A stretch of DNA of 64,000 nt from Mustelus asterias (taxonomy: Eukaryota): positions 62,186,001 to 62,250,000 of the forward strand of contig NC_135812.1 in the NCBI RefSeq assembly GCF_964213995.1, given 5' to 3'. Below the pieces are notes generated by a model. That model was not told where the DNA came from. It saw nothing but the letters and a program-made list of their open reading frames with translations, and ran no database searches. Numbering within the stretch: the stretch's first letter is position 1; the number at the start of each line of letters is the position of its first letter. Below are positions 37,742 to 50,277 of the stretch, piece after piece. The translations under genes were made by a program, and so were the position numbers.

Positions 37742-38792
37742 TCTTATTGAATGGCGGGGCAGGCTCGAGGGGCTAGATGGCCTACTCCTGCTCCTATTTC
37801 TCATGTTCTTATGTTCTTATGACTGGCATGGACAGAGTGGATAGTCAGATGCTCTTTCCTAGGGTAGAAAAGTCAAGTACTAGAGGGCATAGGTTTAAGG
37901 GGTGTGGGGAAAAGTTTAGAGGAGATGTGCGAGGCAGGTGTTTTTACATAGAGGATGATGAATGTCTAGAATGCGCTGCCCGGGGAGGTGGTGGGAGCAG
38001 ATACGATAGTGGCATTTAAGGGGCAACTAGACGAATACATGAATAGGACAGGAATGGAAGGATACAGACTCTGTATGTGCATATGGTTTTAGTTTAGGCA
38101 GGCATCATGATCGGCGCAGGCTTGGAGGGCCAAAGGGCCTGTTCCTGTGCTGTACTTTTCTTTGTTCTTTGTTATTTGGTTATTATCACATTGCTGTTTG
38201 TGGGAGCTTGCTGTGCACAAATTGGCTGTCGTGTTTTCTCCATTGCAGCAGTGACTACACTTTGCAGAAGCATTTAATCAGCTGTAAAGTGCTTTGGGAC
38301 TTGCTGAGGTTGTGAAAGATGCCATTCAAATGGAATTCTTTATGATGATAAACCTGTCTTACTGACATAAAGAATGTGTGAGACACTTGGCTTTCTGGAA
38401 GAGCTAAAGAGACAGGTGATGCAAAAGAGGAAAAATATAGACACTGGAGTTTTTTTTAAAGTTGCGTTATCATCTTGGGGTTAACAAGAAGCACTTTGTG
38501 CCGCATGAGGAGCTGCTCACAATAAGCATGCTGTAATAATTGTTGCACGGCTGAAGTTAAAATCCATTTCAAAGATTAAAATCAAACTACTTAATGCCTT
38601 TTTCAAAGATGTTTTTCCAATAATCGAGGTAAGGACCTTAATAGTTTTATTCACATTTATTAAATTGCATTTTCTTCTAAGAGTTTAATTTAGCAATGAT
38701 GACTGACAGTGACTGGGAACACTGGGATTGTGCCTGAATTTGGCACCATTCTGTGTCTGTAACTTAAAGCCTCCATTTCATTTTCGCTCAAG

Positions 38793-38886
38793 GGAGACAT
38801 ATCAAAGTCCGACTCCGAGGCCGATTTTTTTTGCCAGAGCCTTGAAGATGACAGTGGAAGCAAAAAGGATCTTCAAAACACCACCT
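38793..38886 (+). CDS. CACNA1G: Cav3.1 coding exon (exon 15 equivalent), II-III linker
   Basis: ctcaag|GGA...ACC T|gtaagt; 94 nt; GDISKSDSEADFFCQSLEDDSGSKKDLQNTT, similar to mammalian GDANKSESEPDFFSPSL; phase 0-1. Confidence 0.9.
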
Positions 38887-38964
38887 GTAAGTTCAGCTGC
38901 TACGTCCATTAAGTTTGAAGTAGAGACAGATATTTGAGTGGGTGCTTTGGGTATATGAAACATG

Positions 38965-39365
38965 ATGACAGAATCGTGACAGTGCAGAAGGAGGCCATTT
39001 AGCCCATGAAGTCTGCACTAGCTTTCTGAAAGAGCATTCAACCTAGTCCCACTCCTTTGTCTTATCCCGTATCCTTGCACATTCTTTTCAGATAGCAATC
39101 CAATTCCCTTTTGAATACCTCAATCAAACCTACCTCCACCACCGTCTCAGGAAGTTTGTTCCAGACTCCAACCGCCCTCTGAGTGAAAACATTTTTTTCA
39201 CATAATTTCTACCGTTTTTGCCAATTATATTGAATCTGTGCCCCCTGGTTCTTTATGTACTCATGAGAGAGAGCAGTTTCTCACAATTTACTCTGTCCAT
39301 ACCCTTGAAGCTATTGAATACCTCTTATAAAGTCTCCTCTCAGCCTTCTTTTCTCTGAGGAAAGT
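38965..39365 (-). mobile_element. CR1 3' fragment
   Basis: CAGTGCAGAAGGAGGCCATT tail signature; reverse strand AGAAGGCTGAGAGGAGACTTTATAAGAGG. Confidence 0.7.
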
Positions 39366-40474
39366 GGCAGCTGTGCAAACCCACATTTTTTTGATCGCCA
39401 CCTATAAAAGACAGTTTTTTAACATGATTCAAATGTAGGTTATTGCATTCAAAAATTGACGTGGACCTCCACTTAAACTGGCAGGAGATCCTGTATGTAA
39501 CTTGAACTCCTGAGACATCTATTTATACATTTTATTGGTATACATAAAGTAAACAAAAATGCAGGACATCCCAGAAAAGTTGAATTCCTGTCTTCATAAT
39601 TTTTTTAATGAGACTTTTATGTCAGAATTTGTGATGATAAAATTCTACAGCCCTGTTTGGCATTCTGATCCTCTACCCTGCTTGGAGTTCTCTACTCCAA
39701 GTCTAGACCCACAGTCCTGCTCATTCCTGCATCTTTCTGGTCCCACCAATGCGCCAAATCTTTTGCCATATTAATGGACAGGTGCACTGTCCAGGACAAA
39801 TCACTAAAGACAGACTCCATGACGCTCCATGCCACCAGTGGGATTCAACTTCTGAGCTATTGCCTGTCACCATGGAAGAGTTGGATAGGCAACTGTGTTT
39901 GCCATTGTCCAACTACTGAGTGAATGATGGCACACGGCAGAATCTACATCGCCTTGAGCCACTCTGTAACAGCCCTAGTGGCTGGTTACAAAGCGGTTTT
40001 CACCTAGGACTAAGCGTATGTTTTGTGATAGATTGGTTAAGGGATGGAACATTACTACTGATTTTCCTCAATGCCTGTGGACAAAAAAGAACTCAGGCAA
40101 AGTACCCACCATCTTACATGAAAGCTCCACCTAGAGGAAGGATAGGCTTTCCAACTCTGGTTGGACATATTCCTGGAGTCCTATTACATGAATTCCTGTC
40201 TTGAACCACCCTTCCCCCTCATTCCCACCATTGGTCACAGCATAAGCCTACTCTCATGACACAACATCTTCCCACAGCCAATCAGAATGCAAACAAACTC
40301 TCCGTTCCCTGATTGGATAAGCCTCAATTGTCAGTCAAACAGCTTTTTCTCCCCATATTTGATATTTTTATAACTAATGCACAAAAGGCATTCAAAGAAA
40401 ATGCCAATTATTTTTAATGCGCTTGTGGTTTTTCTTCTGTGGTTTTGCTTCCAACAGCATTCCTGGAGATTCAG

Positions 40475-40823
40475 GAATCATAGAATCCCTACAATGCAGA
40501 AGGTGACCATTCAGCCCATCGAGTCAGCACTGACTTTCCAACAGATCATCCCACCAAAGTTCTATCCCCTAGTCCCATGTATTTACCCCACTAATCCCCC
40601 TTAACTATACATCTTGGGACACTAAGGGAGAATTTAGCATGGCCAATCCACCTAATCTGAACATCTTTTGGACTGTGGGAGGAAACCGGAGCACCCGAAG
40701 GAAACCACGTAGACACGGGGAGAACGTGCAAACTCCGCACAGACAATCACCCAAAGCCATAATTGAACTCGGGTCCTTGGCACTGTGAGGCAGCAGTGCC
40801 AACCACAGTGCCACCGTGCTGCC
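40475..40823 (-). mobile_element. HE1-type V-SINE
   Basis: Reverse strand GGCAGCACGGTGGCACTGTGGTTGGC head, V domain and tail. Confidence 0.9.
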
Positions 40824-41012
40824 AAGGGACCTGAGGGACTCAATGCCTCAGAGAATTTTGCCCATAATTTTTCAAAAATTTCAACAAGGCGCTAATGCCA
40901 GTCTTGTGCCAATGAGCTGAAATGTTCAAAAGGAAGGGGAAAGAACAGATTAAATTGCAGCTGTCAGGGGGTCAGGACCAATATACTTTAACATCACTTT
41001 TGTCATCAACAG

Positions 41013-41200
41013 TGGTGGCCGTGAATGGTCATGTGGACGTCAAAACCAATCTGACGCCACCGCTCATCATCCATACCAATGCCACACCAATGCCAACGCC
41101 AAAGGGGATGCTTTGCGGGGATTCTGCCCATTTGTACAATGAGTCCCGCAGAGGAAGCAACGTATCGATTGATCCCAACTACTATGAACAAAGATCACCG
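41013..41200 (+). CDS. CACNA1G: Cav3.1 coding exon (exon 16 equivalent), II-III linker
   Basis: caacag|TG GTG...CCG|gtgagt; 188 nt; contains the conserved PPLIIHTNATPMPTPK and ends EQRSP; phase 1-0. Confidence 0.92.
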
Positions 41201-42109
41201 GTGAGTCCTTTTGTATTTTCTCTGATCTGAAGCAGATGTTTTGGCTTTATATTTTCAATACCACTTGATTTGTTCACGTTGCCTCTTTGCAGCTTGAGGA
41301 ATGCTGCAATAAATCCTTTCCCCTGTGCTGGAGACATTATGGGTCCACACCATTTGTTTGGAAATGACTCTGTCGCATTGGTCACTGATTCTGTCACAGA
41401 CACACTGGCCAGAAAATTTAACCAGAGTCGTTCCCACCCCTGCTTCCATTGCTGTGACTATACCAGAGCAACGTTACTGTGACAGAATGGGGATAGCTTG
41501 GAAATAATCTGCAATCGTTTCCCCTTTCCTCCCTCCTCCTTTATTGAAGTCACTGCATTAACTTGAGCAGAGATGGTCCTCCTAATACCTCACTCAAATA
41601 GTGAGACCAGATACTGAATGGTTATAAACCATTCAAATAGGGGCATGCCACACAGACAAAAATAACCCAATTTATAATGTTCTATATCCTTGTGACAGTA
41701 GCTCTGTTGATGTGGACTCAGTGCTCAATAACTCAGACACGATGAGTGAAGTTTTAATCAGGGTGGGATTGGGAAGTGCAAGCTAATTCCAAGTCTTGGA
41801 CCCATACCTCATGCTTTGAACATGCCCACCGCTATTTTCCAAACTTCAACCAATCAAAGGGCAGGGGAAGGATCACCATCCAATCAGGGCTTCCACCACT
41901 GGACAACCGATGTTGGTCTTCCAACACTCAGAGATGGACAGCCCCATTGGTTGAGATGAGAGTTATCGATGTGAGGAAACAGACAATGAGGGACACAAGC
42001 AGCTAGGTTTATTTTATATTTTTAAGTACCATGGCCACCGGGTCGAGAAGATCCCACCGCTGACCAATGGCAGGCCACCTCCTGCACCGAAAACCTCACC
42101 CAAAATATG

Positions 42110-42440
42110 GGCTGACAGTGCAGTGCTGCACTGTTGGTGGTGCGGTTTTTCAGGTGCAACATTAAACCTGAAGCTCTGTCTGTCCTCTCATGAATGTAAA
42201 AGATTCCCCAACACTAATTCCAAGGAGGAAAACGGAAACTATCCCAGGTGTGTTGGTCAATGTTTATCACTAAAACTGGTGATCTGGTCAGCATCTCATT
42301 GCTGTTCTCAGTGTGATATTTGGAAGCTGTGATTCTTTACGGTATAACAGTGACTGCAGTTAAAAGAATCATTTTATTTTGGCTGTAAAGCACTTGGGGC
42401 ATCCTGACATTGTTAAAGGCACTATAGAAAGGCTTCCTTC
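42110..42440 (+). mobile_element. Degenerate Deu-domain SINE fragment
   Basis: GTGCTGCACTGTTGG...GTAAAAGATTCC...CTGTAAAGCACTTGGGG, similar to 33125. Confidence 0.55.
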
Positions 42441-42534
42441 CAACCGGACCTCCTGCCCTCCATCCTTCCCTCCCTCATCATCCCTTTCTCCATTATGCAA
42501 ACAATAATTAATGCAATGTCCTTTTGATCTCTAT

Positions 42535-43170
42535 CACAAAATCACTAAATTGTTACAGCACTGAAAATTATTCAGTCTATTGTGTGTGTACCAGTTCTCT
42601 GAATGAGTGATTCTCCCAGTGCCATTTCTCCACCTTCTCTCTGCAACCTTTTCTGATAATGATCCAATTCCTTTGTGAATGCCTTGATTGAACCTGCCTG
42701 CAGCACATTCCAGATCCCAACCACTCATCTTAAATTTGTTCATAATCCTTCCACCAATGGGAACAACTTCTCCCTCTCTCCCCTTTTTAGACTCCTCATA
42801 ATTCTGAACATCTCTATCAAATCTCCTCTCAACCTTCTCTTCTCTGCGGAGAACAGCCCCAACCTCTCCCATCTCTCTGCGTAACTGAAGTTCCTCATCC
42901 CTGGGGCCATTCTCCAGAATCTTTTCTGCACCCTCTCTAATGCTTTAACATCTTTCCTATGGTGTGGTGTGTAGAACTGCACACAACACTCCACCTGAGA
43001 CCGAACCAATGTTCTACACAAGTTTACCAGAACCCTGCTCTTGTACTCTATCCCCCTAATAGTAAAGCCTAGGATGCTGCATGCTTTATTTACCTCTCTC
43101 TCAACTTGTCCTGCCACCTTCAATGATTTAAGCACATACACACCCAGCTCACTCTCTTTCTGCACTACTG
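42535..43170 (-). mobile_element. CR1 LINE 3' fragment
   Basis: Minus ORF RTLVRSQVECCVQFY...ALERVQKRF...RRLRGDLIEMFRIM. Confidence 0.85.
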
Positions 43171-43353
43171 TAACAATAGTAACAATGAATAATATTCTGG
43201 CCCTGTCCTCTTATTGAATGAGTTAGGCCTTACTAGGAGTACAAAGCCCAAGATCAATAAGAGCTCTCCAGCATCTTCCTTAAGTTCCCATTCTGAGCCT
43301 GGACTGTTGGTCAGGTATATTGGTCTTTTAATTCAGTGCTTCTTTTCTTTCAG

Positions 43354-43800
43354 ACCAGTGCACGTAGCTCCCCCTACGCTCCCTGGAGTACAGCCAGCAG
43401 CTGGAACAGCCGGCGTTCCAGCTGGAACAGCCTTGGCCGCGCTCAAAGCCTGAAACGCAAGCATCAGTCGGGCGAGCGCAAGTCCCTCCTCTCGGGCGAC
43501 GGCAAAGAGAGTTCCGACGAAGGTGATGGGTCGGAGGATGAGAGAACCAGTCGAGCCGGTAGCAGGAAGGGGTCAACCTCTCAGCGCATAGAGTCTCTGG
43601 AGATTAAGGGTTCTTTTGACATTCCCGACACTCTCCAGGTACCTGGTCTTCACAGATCTCCCAGCATCCATAGCAGCAGGATCCCACCAATGGATCGTCA
43701 GGACTGTAACGGTAAAACCTCCCCAGCTGCCGCGCCTCACCAGGTCCACGTGGATGAACAGAGAGCTGAGCTTGAACATACTGAGGATGAAATTGATACG
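43354..43800 (+). CDS. CACNA1G: Cav3.1 coding exon (exon 17 equivalent), II-III linker
   Basis: tttcag|ACC...ACG|gtgagt; 447 nt; TSARSSPYAPWS...SRRSSWNSLGRAQSLKR...SGERKSLLSG...SFDIPDTLQVPGLHR...QDCNGK; phase 0-0. Confidence 0.95.
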
Positions 43801-44177
43801 GTGAGTGACACCAGTGACTGAAAAATACAAGAAACCAATCTGCAGCTGCTTCCTCTCAAGTGGCTTTCAAATGAATTCTACTTCTGTGGACTGCAGGGAA
43901 ACAATGAAAGAAATTGCATCCATTTTCTGCTCAGGAATGTTCACTGAGAGCGAGAAAGCTCAGGTTAGAGTGAAACCGTGAATAACCACAGTGGGAGTCT
44001 GAGAGTGAGAAAGGTCAGACATTGATAGAAGTCAGCTGCACATTATACTTGAATATTTTCTCTGGGACAAGAGTTTGGACCTGGTGTGAACAGAAGGAAT
44101 GGATGTTCTCTCACACTGTTTCCCTACAGGTTGCTTTGTCACTACTCTCTCCTCTAGCCCAGACTGACAATGAGCAA

Positions 44178-44388
44178 TATCATACAATCCCTACGGTGCA
44201 GAAGGAGGCCATTCAGCGCAACAAGTCTGGACCAACTCTCCGTCAGAGCATTTTACCCAGGCTTCTCCCCCGCCACCCTCTATCCTATCCCTGTAACCCT
44301 ATGTAATTACCCTGCTAATCCCCTTAACCTACTCATCTATGGACACTAAGGAGCAATTCAGCATGGCCAATCTGCCTAACCTGCACAT
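44178..44388 (-). mobile_element. 5'-truncated HE1-type SINE
   Basis: Tail and CATGGCCAATCTGCCTAACCTGCAC segment only. Confidence 0.75.
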
Positions 44389-45074
44389 GGAAATGCTGAG
44401 GGGAAGCCCCCTTTTTTTAACTACCCTTTCCATTTGCTTCGCTATCTCCAGCTCTCCTCTTCATTCTCTCTTGTCCCCCACCTTCTCGTCTCCAGCTTTT
44501 CCCTCTTATCTTCTTCTCTATATTTCACCCCCAGACTCCCACCGTGGTTATTCATGGTTTCACTCTGACCTGAGCTTTCTCGCTCTCAGTGAACATTCCT
44601 GAGCAGAAAATGGATGCAATTTCTTTCATTGTTTCCCTGCAGTCCACAGAAATATAATAAATTTAAAAACCACTTGAGAGGAAGCAGATGTAGATGGTTA
44701 GGATAATCAAATAAATCAGACAGCTCTCCAAAAGCAAACACATTAACAGCAAGGCATGTTCGGTGAGTTTGCCCGCATGTGCTTTGCAGCAGATGTTTCC
44801 ACATCAGAAACAATTTGTTAGAATCTGGATCATTCAGTGCGTTAAAAACTTATTTGGGAGTTTGAATTCCTGATTAAATCCATTATAAAGACTTGTACTA
44901 TATCTGCACTTAATTGCAAGAGGGTTGGCTATGGTTATTATTGCTTTGTTGCTGCAAAAGGGAAGCACATTGAATACTGATCTTTGTAGTGAAACTTGCT
45001 GTTTTCGGTGACAGAAATGAAACCAAATCTGAAATTCGACAATCGGACTGACACGTGCGAACTTGTTTCCACAG

Positions 45075-45175
45075 AGTAAACGAGCACGGTTGCGGGCGTG
45101 GATTCAAGCCAAGTTGCCACCCTGTATCAGGGAGCGTGAGGGCTGGTCTCTCTACCTCTTCCCACCACAGTCCAA
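45075..45175 (+). CDS. CACNA1G: Cav3.1 coding exon (exon 18 equivalent), end of the II-III linker
   Basis: ccacag|AGT...TCC AA|gtaagc; 101 nt; [33 protein letters not shown](K), matching the Cav3.1 RAWIRARLP...WSAYIFPPQS segment; phase 0-2. Confidence 0.94.
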
Positions 45176-45306
45176 GTAAGCAACTAAAAACGATGGACCT
45201 TATGCTGTTGAATAAAAGAAATGAATTTCCAGAAGCCCACTGGAAATGTTTAATATTTTTGTTGCAAGAGCAGAATAATGAGGTTAGAAAAATAGCAGAT
45301 CGTTGA

Positions 45307-45648
45307 GGGCAGCACGGGAGCACAGTGGTTAGCACTGCTGCCTCACAGCTCCAGGAACCTGGGTTCGATTCTTGGCTTGGGTAACTGTCTGTGTGGAGTT
45401 TGCGCGTTCTTCCCATATCCGTGTGGGTTTCCTCCAGGTGCTCCGGTTTCCTCCCACAGTCCAAAGATGTGTGGGTTAGGTTGATTGGCCATGCTAAATT
45501 TGCCCCTTAGTGTCCCGGGATGTGTAGGTTAGAGGGATTAATGGGGTAAATATGTGGGGTTACGGGGATAGGGCCTGGGTGGGATTGTTGTCGGTGTAGA
45601 TTCGATGGGCCAAATGGCCTCCTTCTGCACTGTAGGATTCTATGATTG
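45307..45648 (+). mobile_element. HE1-type V-SINE, full length
   Basis: GGGCAGCACGG...GGTTCGATTC...CTGCACTGTAGGATTCTATGATT. Confidence 0.92.
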
Positions 45649-46789
45649 ACCCTTCCCCCACCCAACACGGTCACACAAATTGCACTTATGTAGTAACTTT
45701 AATGTTGGAAAGGATCCCAGAGAGTTCCACAGGAATATACTCGAGCAAAATCCAACAGCAAGCCACAAATGCCAACGTGAGAGTAAATGACCAGAGGTCT
45801 GGATTTGCAGACATTGAGACTAGACAGCTGGTGAGCTTCAGAGAAGAAGTTCCAGCGCTTTGGGCCTTGGTAGCTGAAAACACCACCATCAGTGGTGGAG
45901 GGTTTAAAAGCAGGGATGCTGGAGTTAGTGGAATACAGATACCTCAGCCAAGAACTTCCAATCTCTGGATTGTAATACTCTAGAGATACCCTTCAAGGTG
46001 CACTGGGGGATCCCATGGAAGTCCCCATGCACTGACTATGTGGGAAATGTCCTGGGGGTTTGGACTTCTGGGCAATGCGCCGAGACCCATCCAAAGATCT
46101 TGAGTTAAAGTCAGAGACTTTGGATGGTTCCGATTTACCTGAATAGCTACCCAGAAAAAGTTAGAAGGATGAAAACTCTCGAGTAACTATATTACCCTGA
46201 CTCCCCAGTGGACCACCAACTATCTTCCTGACCATCAGCTCGCACCCCCATCCCCCCGACTACCCTCCCCCAACCTCATTACGCCATCGAAGCCCAACTA
46301 CTTCCCTCATCACCCAACTGCCCCCACCCGACTACTCTCCCCAACCCCACGACGACTTCAGTCCAATTACACCCACCATAGTAATACCAGCCCTGACCCC
46401 CTGCACACTCTAATCCTCATCCATTTACCTGTCACCCTACCCCCTCACCCACCCATCCTGTCTGAAGAAAGAATTCCCAGATCAGGGGTACTCCACATTC
46501 CTGAGAAGGCCCGGTTCGGAAGTCTGGGTGAAGAATGCAGAGCTGTGGTGTGAGGTGATGAATGGGAGCTGAGTGGCAATCTGACGGTGACTGACACTCC
46601 TGGGAAGATTCGGCCCCTCAGGGAGTTCTAGGTCTGAAGGAGATTACAGAGGTCGGGAGGGATAAAACCCTCAGAGGGATTTGAAAACAAAAATTAAAAT
46701 TTTTAAATGTAGGCCTTGCTTAACTAAGAGCCAATGGAGGTCAGCAAGCACTGGGGCCATGTGTGAACAGGATTTGGTGCAACTTCTTA

Positions 46790-47071
46790 AGTTTTTATTT
46801 ACTTTTATTTATTAGGCACAAGTAAGGCTTACATTAACACTGCAATTAAGTTACTGTGAAATTCCCCTAGTCGCCACACTACGGCGCTTGTTTGGGTCAA
46901 TGCACCTAACCAGCACGTCTTTCAGACTGTGGGAGGAAACCGGAGCACCCGGAGGAAATCCACGCAGACACAGGGAGAACGTGCAAACTCCACACAGTGA
47001 CCCAAGCCGGGAATCGAACCCGAGTCCCTGGTGCTGTGAGGCAGCAGTGCTAACCACTGTGCCGCCCCGGC
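46790..47071 (-). mobile_element. HE1-type V-SINE with alternative 3' tail
   Basis: Reverse strand HE1 head, then AACAAGCGCCGTAGTGTGGCGACTAGGGGAATTTCACAGTAACT...AATAAATAAAAG. Confidence 0.88.
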
Positions 47072-47267
47072 TTTAACTTAAGAACTTAGAACTCAGGCAA
47101 TAGAGTTTTGATAACCTAAAGTTGACAGAGGGTAGAATTCTGGAGGCCAGTGAGGGGTGTATTAGGATGAGGGTTCAGCAGCAGAGGAGCTGAGGCAAGG
47201 ATAGAGTCAGGCGATGTTGCAGAGATGAAAATAGATGGTGTTAGTGACAAAGCAGATATATGATTAA

Positions 47268-47428
47268 AATTCATCTTGGTTCCCCCGGTAACCGTCGTCG
47301 CAAACCTCTGGCCTCTTCCGCGGCTGGGATTCTCCAGTCCCGCTGCAGTGAATGAAGTTTTGGCTGGAATGCCAAATTCTCCATTCTCGCTGGCAGTGGT
47401 GGCGGACACGACTGGAGAATCCTGCCCC
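47268..47428. mobile_element. Short MITE, subfamily A
   Basis: GGCTGGGATTCTCCAGTCCCGCTGCAGTGAATG core as in 10617; ends GAGAATCCTGCCCC. Confidence 0.6.
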
Positions 47429-47588
47429 TATTGGCATCAATGGTGAGATTTATGGGATAGTCACCCTTTTACCTGGGCATTGTACCAATGTGCAGACTGC
47501 AATATAATCACGGTTTCACTGATTTGAAAACAACTTCAATTTTGAATGGCAGACAAACATCTTAAGGATTGTGAGCTGCAGCCATACA

Positions 47589-47716
47589 GGGGCGAATGTT
47601 ACGGCCCTGCCCGCCACGGGAATTGGAGCAGCCAAGGGACGGACCATGGAAAGGTCCGTTGACCTCGGGTGGGTTTTTTGGGTTTCAGGGCAGTGTGGCC
47701 AGAAAATACTGTCCAT
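47589..47716. mobile_element. Short MITE, subfamily B
   Basis: CCGCCACGGGAATTG...GGTCCGTTGACCTCGGGTGGG core shared with 60591. Confidence 0.6.
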
Positions 47717-48424
47717 AACAATTTTTTAATAGACTCAGGAGCTAAATTTTGAAAAGATCCCAGACAATTATTTTTAACAATCATTGATAAGCCAAAACAG
47801 CAGAGTCAGCATTCACAGACATCATAAACCTTGAGCAGTCCTGGGCAGCTTAATTGACATTGTTTTTATCTCTGAGGTTGTGGGTTCAAATCCCACTCCA
47901 GAGAGTTAGGCCAGAATTATATGCTTTTATATGTTCCCAAATCCCCAGGAATGTGCTGATAGGTGGGGTTCCATAAAATTAGGTAGTATGCAGGGGTCTC
48001 AGACCTGGCGCCTACCTGCCTCCACTGCTACATTACCAGCAGTGGAATAGGTGGCAAGAAGCATGTCCACCCTCATGCCAATGCGGGCCCTTAAGTGACC
48101 AACTATTTATTATTTTACCTGCCCACACAACATGGTAAATTCTGGCAAACTAGCTGCAGGCTCTGGGTGGGGGGTCCATCCTGCTTGGGTACCCTGCCTG
48201 ACTGATCCTGGCATAGCCTCCCCAACCCACTTTTATATCTGGCCTCCATGCTGCCCCTCGTGGGGACTGCCTGAAGTACCAAAAGTGGCCACTGCTTCCA
48301 GTGGCGCTCCTGGGACAGGAGGCATAAGTCACTCCCTTCGCCACTTAACAGCCTGACTGCCATAAAGTCAAGTCATGGCATCCTCACCCTGTGGAGGTGA
48401 GCCCACCCCTGACCTTTCAGCCAG

Positions 48425-48679
48425 AGTAAGAAGTCTAACAACACCAGGTTAAAGTCCAACAGGTTTATTTGGTAGCAAAAGCCACTAGCATTCGGAACAG
48501 GCTGTTCCTTCATCAGGTGGGTGGGAGTTCTGATCAGAACTCCCACCCACCTGACGAAGGAACAGCCTGTTCCGAAAGCTAGTGGCTTTTGCTACCAAAT
48601 AAGCCTGTTGGACTTTAACCTGGTGTTGTTAGACTTCTTACTGTGTTTACCCCAGTCCAACGCCAGCATCTCCACATCA
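48425..48679 (+). mobile_element. Penelope-like fold-back insertion: 218-bp palindrome plus 37-nt tail
   Basis: Palindrome 48425-48642 centred on TGATCA, 3 mismatches; TSD TGAC(C)TTTCAGCCAGAG (48410-48426, 48680-48695). Confidence 0.9.
48547..48585 (+). ncRNA. Minimal type I hammerhead ribozyme motif
   Basis: CCAC-CTGACGA-A-GGAACA(GCC)TGTTCC-GAAA-GC-TA-GTGG: stem I, conserved core, stem II, palindromic AGCT stem III, UH site. Confidence 0.75.
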
Positions 48680-49574
48680 TGACTTTCAGCCAGAGGGCAG
48701 GCCCACCGCCTCCATGAAAAATTTGGGCCTTGAACACACATTCTAGGCTGTAATTCTAATACCAGCACTGGGGGAGTCAGTTGTCTTTTCACTGAGATTT
48801 TAAACTATGGTCCTATCTGTCCTCACATGTGGATGTCAAAGATCCAATAACACTTGGTGTTATATGATGCATACAGATCTTTAAGGGTGTAATAATTTCA
48901 TTTTCTAATTCAGCCTCTAGTTTAGAACAAAGGGGGATGTTGTGATATGATGTGCATGGACCTTCAAGGGTACATTTCTGAAACTACTGTCAATCACTAC
49001 CCTTTTTGACAGAGGATGTGATATATTAATCCCATGACTCTGTACTCAGTATACAGCAGCAATAGTCAAGATCAGATGTGCCTCTCAGTCTCCCAGTGAA
49101 CATTATCTGTATATAGTCTTACCTTCTAGTAAAGAAAATCCACATTATTGTTTTCTAAATCCTTCTCACATGATTGGTACATTTACATTAAATAGAAGAA
49201 TGTAATAGCACTCTTCAAAGATGAGCAGGGAAGTTTTCCCTGATATCCTGGCCAATATTTATCCCCCAACCAGTATCTAAATCAGAAGATCCAGTCATTT
49301 ATTTCATCAATGTTTATGCTATCTGTAGACTCTGGCTGACTGTTTCCTACATTACAACAGTGACTACTCTTGAAAAGCACCAATTCGATATATTATGCTT
49401 TGGGATGTAATGAGATTATGAAGGACACCGTGTAAATGCAAGTATTTCATTTGTTTATCCGTTTACATGTACCCAGTGCTCTGCTCTGACCACTGGCAGT
49501 CCTATTCTTCACTCCCTGCTCAGTATCACTTGAATGAAGGTGCACCAATTCCTCAAATAGGCAACTGCAGCACT

Positions 49575-49613
49575 AAAGGACTGTAACAGAGGACTGTAAC
49601 AAAGGACTGTAAC
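49575..49613. repeat. 13-bp tandem repeat x3
   Basis: AAAGGACTGTAAC AGAGGACTGTAAC AAAGGACTGTAAC. Confidence 0.9.
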
Positions 49614-50153
49614 AATGCAGTCACAGAAAAAAAACTCATCTGTAACCCTGAGAAATCCAGCACACATTCTGCTGGTGACTCAGTGCAAATTCAAAATGTG
49701 AATATGTGGATCTGGAAATGCTGGCAGAATACATGGGAAGGTAGGAATGCAGAGAGCCACAGAAGACTGTCCCTCTGGATTGGTATAGGGTTTAGTCACT
49801 CATTGTCCTTTTCAAATCTTTAACCAATTCACCTTTGAATTAGTTAGTATTAAACCTGCTTCCACCCGCCAACCTTCTAGATAGTACTTTCCAGTGAGCA
49901 ACATCTTGCTGACCATTTCATTTCCTGATGTTGCCCCTGGTTCCCTAGCCAAATATATAAAGTTTGTGTCCTCCGGTTACTGATTCCTCTGCTATTGGGA
50001 ACAGTTTCTCCTTATTTATTCTCATCAAAACCCTGCAAGATTATGAATCTATCGAGTTAGATAATGTCTGTTCAGATGGGTCACCAGTTGTGAGGTGATG
50101 ATGCACGTGTATTTGTCCCATGTAAATGGTAAATGGATATTTTTCTTTTTCAG

Positions 50154-50277
50154 GATCCGTCTCATTTGCAGCAAAATTATTTCGCACAAGATGTTCGACC
50201 ACATTGTTCTGGTCATTATCTTCCTGAACTGCATTACTATTGCCATGGAGAGACCAAAGATTGATCCTAAGAGTGCA
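50154..50277 (+). CDS. CACNA1G: Cav3.1 coding exon (exon 19 equivalent), domain III S1
   Basis: tttcag|G ATC...GCA|gtaggt; 124 nt; [41 protein letters not shown]; phase 2-0. Confidence 0.96.

Larger units (their letters stand above)
35464..37820 (+). mobile_element. Inner young 5'-truncated CR1 LINE with a nearly intact ORF2
   Basis: ORFs 35452-36111 (end of APE domain, SDHN) and 36044-37741 (RT) separated by one frameshift; imperfect TSD TTATGACAGGTATG / TTATGACTGGCATG; (TTCTTATG)n tail. Confidence 0.93.
34700..38172 (+). mobile_element. Outer CR1/HER1 LINE (about 34700-35463 and 37831-38172)
   Basis: RT remnants SGVPQGSVLGP, KFADDTK and LYRTLVRPYLEYCVQFWSP; resumes at 37831; (TTCTTTG)n tail. 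Confidence 0.88.
34470..38340 (+). mobile_element. Deu-domain SINE split by nested CR1 insertions (halves about 34470-34692 and 38173-38340)
   Basis: Left half ends CAATATTTATCCTTCAAC and right half resumes GGTTATTATCACATTGCTGTTTGTGGGAGCTTGCTGTG, collinear with the intact copy at 33125. Confidence 0.7.

Noticed and set aside
44641-44660. Strong acceptor (tttccctgcag) as exon 18
   Set aside because: Stop codon after four codons; the true exon 18 is at 45075-45175
2976-50277. Assignment to CACNA1H or CACNA1I
   Set aside because: The exon 14 peptide and the RAWI..KLP, FPPQS and MERPKIDP segments fit Cav3.1 better
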